Position numbers and translations under genes: made by a program. This document shows positions 27,040-42,775 of a DNA stretch of 64,000 bases, in pieces. Source of the DNA: Eledone cirrhosa. Its lineage: Eukaryota. The notes beneath the pieces are model-generated. The model had not been told where the DNA came from. It did no database searches and was given only the letters and a program-made list of their open reading frames with translations. Location of the stretch: assembly GCA_964016885.1 (NCBI GenBank), contig OZ024742.1, positions 319,858,001 through 319,922,000 on the forward strand. The letters are read 5' to 3'. Position 1 is the stretch's first letter. Every line of letters starts with the position of its first letter.

Positions 27040-28560
27040 TTTTTTTCCTTCATTTTCGCCAGTTTTTTTTTTTTTTGAGGGTGAAGACTGATTTTTTTCT
27101 TTTCTTTTTTTCATGGGGCAAACGACTTGCCACTCCCTAACATAGTCACAATCCATGTCCAATTGTGCTACATCGGGGAGTGGAATGTCTTCCACGGGCG
27201 TTTGTACCTTTTGTTGGAGGTAGGGGTAGTGCTTCTACTGCTACTATTGGTGTTGTTATTGCCTCACCTTCTGTTATTGTTGTTGCAGCTACTGATCTTG
27301 TTGGACATACAACTGCTGGTGTAGAAGTTGTTATTGTTGGTGGTGTTCATGTTGTTGCTGTTGTTGTTGATGCTGTTGCAGGTGTGTCATATTGTCGCTG
27401 TTTGTTGAGGGCGCCGTATTGGTAGTACCCCAGTATCTTTAGCTTGGCCGGTCTCCTTGAGAAGTAGGTCTGATATCGGACGACCACATCACTCCAACGG
27501 GAGACCACCGAATGTATTCACGCGAGGTTTTCACTCTTTTGGGTAGCACCATTACTGCTACCTCCTCGTCTTTAAAGTTTATTATCATTTGGATTGAGCC
27601 AATTCTGAGTTTTTGTTTTCCAGGGTAAATTGGAAGCATTTCTTTTTATACTTGTACTCACCTTGACCGAAACTCTCTTTCGGGAACGAACGAGGCGTTA
27701 TGTTTCCAGTAATGGGCTCCCAGGCTACCTATTCTATGTAGGCCTGCAATGCAGATCACAATTTGTTCATCTGATTAGTTGTGCGTTTGTAGGTCTGGTC
27801 TGCTAACAATATGAAAAATCTAAATACGATCTAGATGAATCTGTGCCATTGAACCCTGCCCACACTGGCTCATTGGGGAAATCTAGTCGGTATCTTTACG
27901 TCAGTTGGAATTGTCTGATGAGGTTCTTGGGGCTTTGCATACGCCGCTTATATCAGCTACTCCCACATAGTCCCAACGGGCGCCTACAATGTTGTTCTCA
28001 TCACCCGCTGACAGTATCCGGCCTTCCTGTCGCAGTCGAGGCATAGAGTGGCCCCCAGTTTCAAAGTACAACCATTGCTACCTTCCGGGACCACCAGCTT
28101 ACTCTCCGGGTCCATGAAGATCGTCTGTACCGCAAGATTCAGGCCTTTCCTATTCAACACTGCCATCGCGCCTCTCATTCCAGGCAGAAAAAGAGATGTG
28201 TAGATCTCAAAGTTGTCAAAAATAGGGGCATGTGCGTGGTAGATAGAAATATTGGTCTCCCTGACGGATATCACATCTATCGCTAAGCGACCTTGTTTCT
28301 AGGATAACCTCAATGCAAGTACATTTATGCAGACTCCCTTAAAATCACGATGTTGTCTACAGAGAGTTAAGAGAAAATAAGTAGAGTCTATTTAGCCCCG
28401 GATGCTGTTGAAACTTGGGTAGTTCGACCTGCATATGTTGTTGGAATTCCTTTGGGAAAACGATTAAATCTCCACACCTCGCTTTTACATTAGGGGCTGC
28501 TACATCGTTAGGGATGTTCTCCCTAATATTTGTGTAACTTCCCAGAGACATGCGCACTAT
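27040..28560 (-). mobile_element. Old degenerate Tx1/L1-like LINE remnant (ORF1 end and endonuclease pieces); second copy ~37310-38683
   Basis: Minus strand FDNFEIYTSL..PG..G.MAVL..KGLNLAVQTIFMDPESKLVV and RYRLDFPNEPVW..SRSYLD align by eye with the endonuclease of the LINEs at 49.4 and 58.4 kb. Confidence 0.65.
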
Positions 28561-29471
28561 CATTAACGTTTGTGATATTTTAAATTGCTAGTGCCGAAAA
28601 TCTGCACCCCTCCCTCCATATCTTTACTTCTGGCTATGATAATTGAGATATTTCAATGTTAATATATATTATAACGAATCTAGGGTCTTTCTATCCCTCT
28701 GTACCATATCACTCCCCCCATCAAGGGAATGATAAACAAACTCCTTATATCAGTTGATTGGAAAGAACACTAAGGAGCAAGTATGGTATCGGGCATCCAA
28801 AAACACACAATATGACGATACTTGGAATATTTGTTTATGGCAATCACAAACCAGGAGGAGTCGAGACAGGGGCTAGCAGTGCTTCATCATAGCATGGATG
28901 ACGTTGTAGCCGATTATTACGGGAGTATGTGATAAGGATAGGTAAAGTACAGATTGCAATATCGTGGGGCAAGTTATTCCATACATTATGGAAACGAATA
29001 GGACAGGATAGCTATGATCAGGGAGGAAATACGGCACCCTGAGGAGGAAAGACGTAAATCGAGGCTTGTGAAATGTCGGGTGAGAGCTAAATGTAGGTTA
29101 GTTTTCACCATACCTGATTCGGTCACGCTTAGATATCGGGTTGTTTCATATTGCGCACATACGTTACTTTTCAATTCATATAACCTAGATTTCGCCTTAT
29201 ATGACAACGTTTATCTTAGAAATAAGAAAAGGCAACTAGGAAGTTATGCGCTCAACTAGGTAGTTATGCGGTCAACTAGGAAGTTATGCGCTCAACTAGG
29301 TAGTTATGCGCATATAAAAAAGCCAATACAATCTAAAAATCATTTCAATCATATTTTCACTAATGATTCGGGAGTTTATAACTATCTTTTTAAAATATAT
29401 TGCCTGTATCTAACACGGAGAAACGAATCAATAAAGATAAAGGTTACGATGATGAATATAAAGGTTACAGC

Positions 29472-29672
<201 letters not shown>

Positions 29673-32098
29673 TAAAAGTAATAATAAAAAACAAAACAAA
29701 CAACACAGTACATGGAAGAAATATGTTTAACACTTGAAATAGCAGGAAGAGATTCTTAAACATATATCCCACGTAGTTCCATTGCGAACGTGTGGGTGTT
29801 GGTTCTGGTTGTAGTTAGTTTTACCATAATTGGTTAGTTCCCTGATTTTTCTGTCGTTGGTGGCCATTATTATGTTCTCAAGGTTCGGTGTTGTCGAAAA
29901 TGAGAACTTTAGTCTGTGCATATTGCAGATCCTGTATGCAGGGAGAAGCACTGGTCGAGGGCCCTAAAAAGATAACGGAGATGTTAGTTTTTTGTCATTA
30001 TTATTATTTTTATCATGAAGGTTGCCCCGCCGCCCTCCTTTGACTAGGAAGGCCATGCAGTTTTTATCTGTCTGGTGGTCATGTTGAAAGGGGTTGTTTG
30101 GTGGACTCGTCTGAAAGGGTTGACGCTCTCATTAACCTTTTCAGGGTGAAGAGGGAAGTGCCGCTTTCCAGCCTGTTTTTTAAAATAAGGGAGAGAGAGA
30201 GTCGAGAACAGCCCGTGTGAATGAGCCTGCCTTCAGCGTGTGCCTGTCGTATTGAATGAGGACAACTAGGAGAGGGCACTTGCCCTAACGGTCAAGGTGA
30301 CGGGGGATTTTGTGAGCTTTCTCCACGAGTAACCCTTGGAGTCCCCTCACCTTTGGGTAATTTGTTATGTTTGGGTTTTTTTAAGTGTTCATTTTCTTAG
30401 TCTCTGGTATAAATTTTATTTCACACCAGAAAAGACACACTGTAATTGTACTGTACCATCTGTAATGTTTCCTTAATGTGAGTCCTGTGTGGATAATAAA
30501 GAAAGCATTATCATTACTAGCTGACGTACCCAGCTTCGCCCGGGTAAACAGATTAAGAGAGAAGACAGGTAAAAGAAAAAATGACTGTATTGGATGTTTG
30601 TCTGGTTAAAGTATGAGGCGAGTCCGTGGTGTCTGTGTGATACAAAAAACAGTAAAAGAAAACTCCCAGATATACCAGATTCTTCGTTGTACCGTTTGTG
30701 CATAGTTTATGAACAATTCTAGGTGCTCCCACCTAGAATAGTGACCTCTAGGAGATGGTTCATCTTCTGCCTGACTGTAAAACGTATATCATTGCATAGA
30801 CGTGGTTGTTCCACGTTTCTCAAAAGGATGATGGAAGTTCCAATCTTTTATATTATATGTAGATATAGATATAGATAATTAATATAAAAGATGTCCGTCA
30901 ATGTAAAAAGGGTCCCTATTTACTTGAAATGGTTTATACAAATGCCAAATTAATATGGATATGGATAACATACATATCTACAAGTGGTCAGCTATAATAA
31001 TTGTTTCTATTTTTAGGCACAAGGCCAGCAAATTATCCAGTACATTACTGGTACTTTATTTTATCTACCCCGTAAGGATGAAAGGCAAAGATAATCTCGG
31101 CTATAATAATAAAACAACAAATTATATAACACAAAAATTTATTCAGTAATTTCCAGGCTCTTAGCCACTGAGTAATAGACAGTCAATATTGCCCAGAGTT
31201 CAACTCGGGGAGGTGGACTGGTTTGAACTCCAAATGGCGGATCCTTCTACTTCGAAAATAGAATCGTTTTTCAATATTACTCTAGCCCTGGCCGGCCATA
31301 GGCACCAAACTTATTGCCAGACTCAGCGTATGATGAGGTTTTATTACCACCTCTATCAGAAGCGATAAATTTGAAGGCAATTTCTACCAATACTTGTTGG
31401 TTTTTATTGCTCATTATCGACAATAAATGACATTGAACAGAAATGATAACTCTGTCAAAGCTCACAATACTGATCAAAGGACACCAATGTCTGAATCATT
31501 TACGTCGAATATTCATAGCAATGAAGGCAATTTCTACCAATATTTGTTGGTATTTATTGCGCAAAATAGCAGTGAAAGCAATTTTTACCAATACTTGTTT
31601 GTTTTTATTGCTCATAACGACATTAAATGACAACTTACACACTCACACACTCACACATGTTAATAGTTTTTACTTTCTGTGGAACGCTGCACGCACGCAC
31701 ATACACATAAACATACGCGCACGTACATACACACGCATACATGTCAATATTTATTGAACACAGCGTTCACACTCTCCCCCCTCACTCCCTCATTGGCATT
31801 ATGCATATTAATTTAAGTTTGGCGTCGTTGAGGTGGGCGGAGTCGTTTGAAACCTATGAACCAATGATAATCGAGAATTATGACACACGGAATACTGACG
31901 TTCTTCAAATTAATATATAGATTACTATATTGGCAGTATCGGTAGAGGGTCGGACGCCATGCTTTGTAGCAAAGAGTTACGGCCCTTTATGGTCTGAGTT
32001 CAAATCCCGCCAGGGTTAACTTTGCCGTTGATCCTTACGGTGTCGATAAAATAAAGTATGCACTGGGATAATTGCTGGCCTTGTGCCAAAAGTAGAAA

Positions 32099-32162
<64 letters not shown>

Positions 32163-32232
32163 TTAGAGTATACACTCAAAGAGTCATTTACAATTAATTA
32201 GCTCAAAGAAAGAAGCATTTCTGAGCCGTGCA

Positions 32233-32546
32233 ATACAAGTTAATATAAATTAATATATGATAAACACCTAAGTGTTTGCATTGTAAAAGACAAAAGTTAG
32301 CTAGAATGAAACAAACTAATTCAAATATATATAGCCTGCCTGTATCGATTTAAAAAATAATAAATCAATATACACAAACTCATATTGGCAAATAGCCAAA
32401 ATGAGTTTATGTATATTGATTTATTATTTTTTAAATCGATACAGGCAGGCTATATTTATTTGAATTAGTTTGTTTCATTCTAGCTAACTTTTGTCTTTTA
32501 CAATGCAAACACTTAGGTGTTTATCATATATTAATTTATATTAACT

Positions 32547-32551
<5 letters not shown>
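32233..32551. repeat. Second copy of the 157-bp-arm palindrome, ~3 arm mismatches
   Basis: Arms 32233-32389 and 32395-32551. Confidence 0.92.
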
Positions 32552-32586
<35 letters not shown>

Positions 32587-32761
32587 ATACATTAACAGAG
32601 AAAGCTTTAACCAATACTCCGACCGGCTTCCGTCTCACTCAACAAACATTAGCATATACCTTAGTATAATCCCAATTATACGTTTGGGGTGCTAACTATA
32701 CGTATTTTGCGGATAGCCAGTTGTATTATTTTATGAGACATAATTAAAATACATCTCTCTT

Positions 32762-32883
32762 TCCAAACGATCGTTTCATTATAAGTTTTCTACAAATTGT
32801 GAAAATAATGTCCAGGTTATGTAGAAGCCTACACATAGTCAGTAGGAATATATGTAGGTGGGTACTTATAAATCATCAGTGGA
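32762..32883 (-). ncRNA. Type I hammerhead ribozyme motif (third family, best-paired copy)
   Basis: Minus strand: UCCA-CUGAUGA-UUUAUAAG...CUUAUAAU-GAAA-CGAUCG-UU-UGGA. Confidence 0.65.
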
Positions 32884-34145
32884 TGCCCGATATATATATA
32901 TATATATTTAAAGGTTAAACAAGGTTCAATGAATAAATCAAAGAATGAGTTTTACAATAGATTGGAAGCACTCAACAGTGATTAGTTTTCCGGAGTTATT
33001 AATATTAATTCAAAATATTAACAAAATTAGACATTCTTGTGATCAAGTATATTTTATTATACATATTTCAGATGTACTGGGCTAACTTCAACAGTACGTC
33101 CTCATCAAATAAAATAAGATGATGCATGACATACCCTGACATAGTAGATGGTTAAGATTCAATCATGGTAGTGAGTAAGATATGACAAAACATCTATATA
33201 TATAAGTGTTTAGTTCGATATCCAGTGATATATGCATGAAGATGTGTTAATGTCATGCAAGTTCCTGGTTCGGCAGAAGTTGAACAATGAAGAATATACC
33301 ATACATATAGATAGACACATGCACACACACACACACATAGACAGACAGACAGACACACACGCACACACCCAGACACACAAACACGCACACACCCAGACAC
33401 ACACACATGCACACAGGCACACACATATATACACATGTACACATGTGTTTGTCGTACAGTATTTATTTTGCCCATGCGTCAAGCCTGCGCAATATGCAAA
33501 TGACCATCGCCTTAAATGTATCATCTGCAAAATCTATATAAGATATAACTGATTTTGCCTCAGCACTGAGTGAGGTGACAACACTGAAATGGATCAAATT
33601 TTGATAGTGAGGCTTCTCGTGTACGGAAGCCATCATATTGGCTGCTATTTCTTTGTTATTTTCTAAAAATGATTGTAATTTTGCCCACAATTATTGTCAT
33701 TAGTTCGCCGGTTATGTGTTTATCAATATGTATTATTAGCGTGTGGAAATTAGTTCCTTGTTTATTTGTTCTTATCTAGAAATTCCTCATGAATTTTATG
33801 TACACTATACTTAAATAATTGAGCCCAGATATATGAAATGTGAAGTTCCCTCGCGCAGATTTGAAATTGTAAGTCATATATCCCTAACTATTTACAGCAG
33901 AATATTTTGTTTGACGTTGTTAAATATTGGTGGTAACTGATGTATGAAAGAAATATTCTGGATATAGTTTTGATTACTCAAGCAATAGTGAAGACACATT
34001 TCACTCTTACTTGATGTATATTAATAAAATGATGATATAAGATTGTAATTTATGTATTTGTGTTTATTTTCTAATATATATTTTTACTAATTTTTATAAT
34101 TATCCTCGGTTTCCAGGATTCTTATTGTTGTTTATTGTATTTCAG

Positions 34146-35149
<1,004 letters not shown>

Positions 35150-35530
35150 GTATGTACACAATTTACGATTAGTGTGTATATATAGCATATATTACTTAAT
35201 CAGTGTTAACAATTCAGTATCTATCTTTCAAACGTAGTTTAAACGATACTAAATTTTGGGTGAAAATATAGTGAAGTTAATGTTAATATATATTGTTAGC
35301 TATTTATATCCTAATTACGTTATTTTCAGCTAGTTATTAATGGTTACTTAATTCTCAAGATGTGCAAGTTAACATAAAATATGATTGACTAACAGCTTTA
35401 TATGTGATCTGAAAAGTACATTAAAATTAATATAACATTAATAAAATGTATTTATCTCATTTTCTTTACACTTTTCCTTTGACGTTGATTTTCTTAGCAG
35501 CTTGGCTGTTTTCTCTGAATGGGATACTCG

Positions 35531-35648
<118 letters not shown>

Positions 35649-38600
35649 TCTCTCTCTCTCTGCTCTCAGTTTATCCTTTTCCTTCTCTCACAACCTCACT
35701 TTCTCTTTATTTATTTCCCTCACTCTTTGTGTATATGTCTGAGAAAGTTTGTATACAAGTGTGTAGGTATGTGTTTTGGCTGCTATATTTTTATCATCTC
35801 TCACTTAGTTGTAGGGTTATCGTTATTCTCGTCTTGCTTTCTATTGAAGGTGGCTGTAGTTTCTCTCATTTGTGTGGCCTGGTTTAATCTGACTGAACAT
35901 TGCTCTGGTCACGTGTATAGATATGACATTTACCTCGATGGTTTCAAATGATGCATCATGTACTTTATAAAAATGTCAGTAAAGCACGGACAAGATTTCA
36001 TTGTCTTTGAATTCCCGACATTACGAACCGTTCCTCTTATGTAAATCAAGGTCGTGTCTCTACATTTTCTGTTTGAGAGTCTTATGCTATATACAACAAT
36101 TTTAGTACTCACAATTTATCTGTAGATTTATCTTACAGGCTTTTCAATTTCTGTCTGTACAAGGAACTTTCGGAAATTGGGTTTACGGAAATTGAGTAGA
36201 TGGAAACTGTATGGAAGTCTACCGAATGAACTGTCACTGTAAATAAATGGCTTAGCTATGCTACACAATTTGACAGCCTGGCTCACCATGGGTCATCTAT
36301 TAAAAGTACACGTGATTGTAGAATGCTCAGCTATATGTATGTTAATTTCAAGAGTAAACAGTTCCGTTGATCGAACAAGTGTAATACTCATCGCCAAATC
36401 CGACTGAGGTCCATTCAACAAATCTGACGGAGGTTTATTCAACATTAGATACCAGGTTTAATTCTACTTCAAAATATGCTGCTCGTTCATCAAGTATTGA
36501 TTCACACTTATAAACACTGGAACCTAACTCCATTCATTTCTTCTACGTTTTTATATAATTGTGTAACTTTCTAGAACAACTATGAAATTATTGTTTCTAC
36601 TTTTGGCACAAGGCCAGCAAATACCCAGTGCATTACTGGTACTTTATTTTATAGAACAACTATGAAATAATATCATATAGTGATATTCAAATAAATCCGT
36701 CTCAATGACGAGCTAAATCTGAGTCAGAGATTTGATGTTCTTGAAAATGATCTCTTGTGTTACGATACTCATCTCAAATTTAGAAATGTACTCCTATCAT
36801 ACATATATGAGATGAGTTTCTTCAGCAGATATAGTTCATGGCTATTGTGCAATCGATCGGATATCATTTGAAACATTACTAAACATTTATTATAAAAAAA
36901 TAATATTAAAAAAATAATATTCTAGTAGTTTGTATTGAATTGAAATATTAATGGTTAAATTGAAAATAATATTGTTGTGGTAACTCACTTATTTCATCTG
37001 TAGCAAACATCATAGATACAGCAAAGAACATGTGTAACCAAGTAAATCTTATTTCCTTGGTTTATAGTTTATTGTTTATTGCACTGGGTACTTCCGCCAT
37101 GTAGGAGTATACAATAATTATTACCGACCAATTTTACAGACTGTCAACTATCAATGACGAAATGGAGTCTAATAACCCCCAAATAATATCGTTGACACTA
37201 CTGGTTGCAGTAACTATTTCACAAATCAATTCCAGAAACAGGATTTACAACGTAGTCGTGATAATGGTGATATATGTACGGGCGTTGAAATCAGTTGCCT
37301 CAACACTTTAGCTTTTTTTCCTTCATTTTCGCCTTCGTTTTTTTTTTATTTGAGCGTGAAGACGGAGTTCTTTCTTTTCTTTTCGTTCATGGAGAAAACG
37401 ACTTGCCACTCCTTAACATAGTCACAATCCATGTCCAATTGTGCTACATCGGGGAGTGGAATGTCTTCCACGGGCGTTGGTGCCTTTTGTTGGAGGTAGG
37501 GGTAGTGCTTCTACTGCTACTATTGGTGTTGTTATTGCCTCAGCTTCTGTTATTGTTGTTGCAGCTACTGATCTTGTTGGACATACAGCTGCTGGTGTAG
37601 AAGTTGTTATTGTTGGTGGTGTTCATGTTGTTGCTGTTGTTGTTGATGCTGCTGCAGGTGTGCCATATTGTCGCTGTTTGTTGAGGGCGCCGTATTGGTA
37701 GTACCTCAGTATCTTTAGCCTGGCCCGTCTCCTTGAGAAGTAGGTCTGATATCGGACGAACACATCACTCCAACGGAAGACCACAGAATGTATTCACGCG
37801 AGGTTTTCACAATTTAGGGTAGCACCATTACTGCTACCTCCTCGCCTTTAAAGTTTATTATCATTTGGCTGGAGCCAATTCTGAGTTTTTGTTTTCCAGG
37901 GTAAATTGAAAGCATTTCTTTTTATACTTGTACTCACCTTGACCGAAACTCTCTTTCGGGAACGAACGACGCGTTATGTTTCCAGTAATCGGGTCCCAGG
38001 CTACCTATTCTAGGTAGGCCGGTAATGCAGATCACAATTTGTTTATCTGATTAGTTGAGCGTTTGTAGGTGTAGTAAACCTAGGCTACCCCTACTTGCTA
38101 ACAATATGAAATATCTAAATACGGTCTAGATGAATCTATGCCATTGAACCCTGCCCACACTGGAGCATTGGGGAAATCTGGTCAGTATCTTTACGTCAGT
38201 TGGAATTGTCTGATGAGGTTATTGGGGCTTTGCATACGCCGCTTATATCAGCTACTCCCACATAGTCCCAACGGGCGCCTACAATGTTGTTCTCGTCATT
38301 CGCTAACAGTATCCGGCCATCCTGTCGCAGTCGAGGCATAGAGGGGCCCCCAGTTTCAAAGCACCACCATTGCTACCTTCCGGGACCACCAGCTTACTCT
38401 CCGGGTCCATGAAGATCGTCTGTACCGCAAGATTCAGGCCTTTCCTAATCAACACTGCCATCCCGCCTCTCATTCCAGGCAGAAAAAGAGATGTGTAGAT
38501 CTCAAAGTTGTCAAAAATAGGGGTTTGTGCGAGGGAGACGGAACATGGGTGACGGACATATGCATTTAGGATAACCTCAATGCAAGTACATTTATGCAGA

Positions 38601-39587
38601 CTCCTCTTAAAATCACGATGTTGTCCTCAGAGAGTTAAGAGAAAGGGAGTAGAGTCTATTTAGCCCCGGATGCTGTTGAAACTTCAAGGGAATGATAAAC
38701 AACCTCCTTATATCAGTTGATTGGAAAGAACACCAAGGAACAAGTATGGTATCGGGCATCCCAAAACACACAATATGACGATACTTGGAAAATTTGTTTA
38801 TGGCAATCACAAACCAGGGGCAATCACGAGACAGGGGCTAGCAGTGCTTCATCATAGCATGGATGACGTTGAAGCCAGAAGATTACAGGAGTATGTGATA
38901 AGGATAGGTAAAGTACAGATTGCAATATCATAGGGCAAGTTATTCCATACATTAGGGAAACTAAATGATGTATATCAGACATACAGTTGTCACTACAAGA
39001 TCAAGATGCGTCTATGTAGCTGACGCTTCTGTCGCACAAGTAGAAAGTATGGTGAAGGTACGCATATTACTGGATAAATATGCACGGAAATAAATCTCTT
39101 ATTTCCAACAGAAAGGCAAACGAATAGGACAGGATAGCTATGATCAGGGAGGAAATACGGCACCTTGAGGAAAAAAGACGGATATCGAGGGTTGTGAAAT
39201 GTTGGGTGAGAGCTAAATGTAGGTTAGTTTTCACCATACCTGCTTCGGTCACGCTTAGATATCGGGTTGTTTCATATTGCACACATACGTTACTTTTTCA
39301 ACTCATATAACTTCGATTTCGCCTTATATGACAACCTTTTTCTTAGAACTAACAAAAGTCAACTAGGAAGTTATGCGCATATGAAAAAGCCACTCCTATC
39401 TAAATATAATTTCAATCAGATCTTCACTAATGATTCGGGAGTTTATACCTGTCTTTTTAGAATATATTGCGGAGAATTGAATGAAAATTAAATTCATATT
39501 TTCATATTACCAAGGCAACGTTTACATATTTTCACAGTAAAATATTATTAAATTTTAAAACACAAACATAAATATAAAGGTTACACC

Positions 39588-39709
39588 ATGGATGATGAAG
39601 TTGCTGCTGTTGTTATTGATAATGGATCTGGTATGTGCAAAGCCGGTTTTGCCGGGGACGATGCCCCCAGGGCTGTCTTTCCTTCCATTGTTGGTCGTCC
39701 AAACATCAG
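39588..39709 (+). pseudogene. act: Actin copy D exon 1 (1-bp deletion), no exon 2 in window
   Basis: [38 protein letters not shown], then CCAAACATCAG|GT instead of CCAAGACATCAG|GT. Intron homology stops at ~40038. Confidence 0.9.
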
Positions 39710-39791
39710 GTACGTTTTCTCTCTTTCTATCACTCTCTCTTTCCTTCTGTCTCTCTCTCTCATCTCTCTCTCTCTATCTCTCTCTCTGTTG

Positions 39792-39862
<71 letters not shown>

Positions 39863-40038
39863 CGTATGAATGTATGTATGTAAAAGTAATAACAAAGAAA
39901 TAACGACACAGTACATGGAAGAAATAAGTTTAACACTTAAAATAACAGGAAGAGATTCTTAAACATATATCCCACGTAGTTCCATTGCGAACGTGTGGGT
40001 GTTGGTTCTGGTTGTAGGTAGTTTTACCGTAATTGGTT

Positions 40039-40551
40039 TGTCGCAATTTTTCCGTTAAAATCCTGTGGATGGTGCCTCGGGAAACCTCAGTAACCAAAAT
40101 GCAGAGAGCATCCAGAGTGATCCGCCGATCTTTACACATGTTTTCCTCAACCTTTGCGACTGTCTCGTCGGAAATTGACGGTCTCCCGCTCCTTTGTTCG
40201 TCGTGAATTTCAGTACGACCGGCTGTAACCTCTCTACACCACTCGCGTACGTTTTTGACATCCATGCACGACTGTCCATACACTTCCGTCAATTGGCGAT
40301 GAATTTCAATCGCTTCAACGCCTTTTACGTTCAAAAACCGAATAACTGCGCGAACTTCGCACTTGGCGGTAGCGTTCAACGGGAGTTCCATTCTCAACGG
40401 CTGCCAAGCCAAGATTTAGCATCCCAGCGAAACGCGCGCTTGCTTGTTTCGGAGTGAAGGAAGCTCCAATCACAAGTGTTGCCAACAGCCGTACGAACAG
40501 TTTCTCTGCGTCCCCATCGCTTTGGAGACCTTACTTTTGGGATTGCCCTCG
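40039..40551 (-). mobile_element. Truncated mariner transposon (one TIR plus N-terminal DNA-binding region)
   Basis: TA|CGAGGGCAATCCC terminus at 40551; MELPL...EVRAVIRFL...EIHRQL.EVYG...V.EW...D..RSGRP...DRRIT starting at 40391; no DD34D domain or second TIR. Confidence 0.88.
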
Positions 40552-40643
40552 TATATATATATATATAAGGACATATATATATATGCAAGGATGACAGGCA
40601 AAGTTAACCTCGGCGGGATTTGAACTCACACCGTAAAGGGCCG

Positions 40644-41389
40644 GGCGATATCCAATTTTAGTGGACTAAATGCTGCTTACGTGCTGTAGTTGCTGTTTAC
40701 TTCAATGTATGAGGCTATTCCAACAAATTTACATTCCCTTTTTTTTAGCCGTTAAAAGAAATATAGATTTATTTATTGGTTTTTTTTTGCGATTTATTTG
40801 CCACGTTTTTTTTTGTTTTTTGTTTTTTTTTTACCGATCTGTGGGGATATGTCGCCGGCCAACAAATGGTCCTCTTCTTCCGATACCACTTCGAAAGAAG
40901 GATCAAGGTGGAGAGAAAGGCACTCAGTCCCAGCCAATTCCATGAAAGATGGGTGAAAGTAGCAATAATGGCCCATCTCTCTATATCGGCTTGTACAGGT
41001 AAGAGAAGAAGGGAGCACCCCCCTCTCTCTCTGTGCTCCCTGGCAGAAAGGTCGCACACTTTCTACGGGGGTGTGTGTGACCCCAAAAGGCTGCCTCTCT
41101 ATTGAGGACTTAATTTTTTATATTCCTTTTTAATCACTCGTTAAATGTTTGTACTTGATTTTTGTAAAAACTTCCCCCGCCTATTGCTCTAGTGGCAAAT
41201 AAATCGCAAAAAAACAAACAAAAACGTGGCAAATAAATCGCAAAAAAAAAAAAACAATAAATAAATCTATATTTCTTTTAACGGCTAAAAAAAAGGGAAT
41301 GTAAATTTGTTGGAATAGCCTCATACATTGAAGTAAACAGCAACTACAGCACGTAAGCAGCATTTAGTCCACTAAAATTGGATATCGCC
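40644..41389. mobile_element. MITE-like DNA element with ~165-bp TIRs and 8-bp TSD (Merlin-like), containing a Tx1 LINE 3' end
   Basis: Termini GGCGATATCC...GGATATCGCC; AAGGGCCG at 40636-40643 and 41390-41397. The interior encodes FFRYHFERRIKVER..ERWVKVA. It splits a minus-strand SINE (~40588-40643 and 41390-41452). Confidence 0.85.
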
Positions 41390-42199
41390 AAGGGCCGTAA
41401 CTCTATGCTACAAAGCATGGCGTCCGACCCTCTACCGTTACTGCCAATCCACTGCTTCTTAACTCATTTAATGCTTCATAATTGTTTCGGCGTTGGCACG
41501 GATCATTACATAGACACATTGAGCTTTGTATAAAACTATCTTGCAATTATATACTCTCTACATACAAATTGTATTACATGTTTTTACCCTTTAAGGAAAT
41601 GTTTATTATCACCAAAAAATATCATCATTATTACTTGGGTGGTGGATTGGCAGTATCGGTAGAGTGTCGGACACAATCCTTTGCAGCATAGAGTTACGGC
41701 CCTTTACGTACTGAGTTCAAAAAGATTGTCTCATACTCTCTGCTTCCGTCGATCCTCGTCAGTATCTGGAACAGACAAACCCAACTCTCTCCACTGTAGT
41801 AAAGTTTCATCCATCTTCCTGTTGGAATTAGTCCATGTTGGAAAGGAAAGGGTGTCAACTACTACACGGGGACAAACGTGGATGGAGGAAAAAAAGCGAG
41901 GTAGAGACAGAGACGAGCATTTATGCAGACCGAGACCTCAAAATCGTTTGGGCATGGCAACCTGGTCGCGGGACTCTGGAGAGAGTCTGACATTGACCAA
42001 GCCCCCCGAGTTCATTAAAGATTAAGTCGTCAAAGCGTTGGAAAGACGACGAAAATCTATAAAAGTGACTAACTTCGAGGAAATACAGCTTAGAAATCGA
42101 CAAGTAATTCCTAAGTATAAAAAACTATGGTGAGGTCAATAGCCTCGAGGTTTTTTAAAAGTTGCTCGAGGTTAACCAACTTAGATCGAAAGATGGATT

Positions 42200-42670
42200 C
42201 AAAGGCTTGGTCAGTAATTGGAGTTCCAAGCGAGCACCACGCTAATGAGGGAGGAGCCGCAATAGAGGAGAAAGAGTGTAAACAGGTTTACATTGTGCTG
42301 ATGTGAAACTAGGTGGTTGAGGGGCCAGAGCTCGCATTTGGAACTGTTGACATGAAGGCCCCTGCAAACCAATTCCTCAATCATCGTCTTCACGGTTACA
42401 ACGACCTTATCTGGAGAAGCCCCCCAAACAAGCATTGTCCAGATACCAGACATGCAAATCCAAGTCAGTTCCCATCTTGGTGACGTCATCAATACCCAGT
42501 GCGGAAAGAGCAGGTCTGAGCGAGTCTCCATGCTGGATCCCCGAAGCAGATAGGATAAAATGGTCACCAAGGAGAGGTACAAGGGTTCTCGATAGGCTTG
42601 CCAAGTAAAGTGGTAAAACTGTGGGCCCCTCTCTTTTACTGAACGGAGGATGACATCCCGACTGATGGAG
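42200..42670 (-). mobile_element. Degenerate CRE-like non-LTR RT fragment
   Basis: SASGIQHGDSLRPAL (QQGDPLGP), VWYLDNACLGG (WYLDDG.LGG) and GLHVNSSKCE across two frames. Confidence 0.65.
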
Positions 42671-42681
42671 TGTGTGTGTGT

Positions 42682-42775
<94 letters not shown>

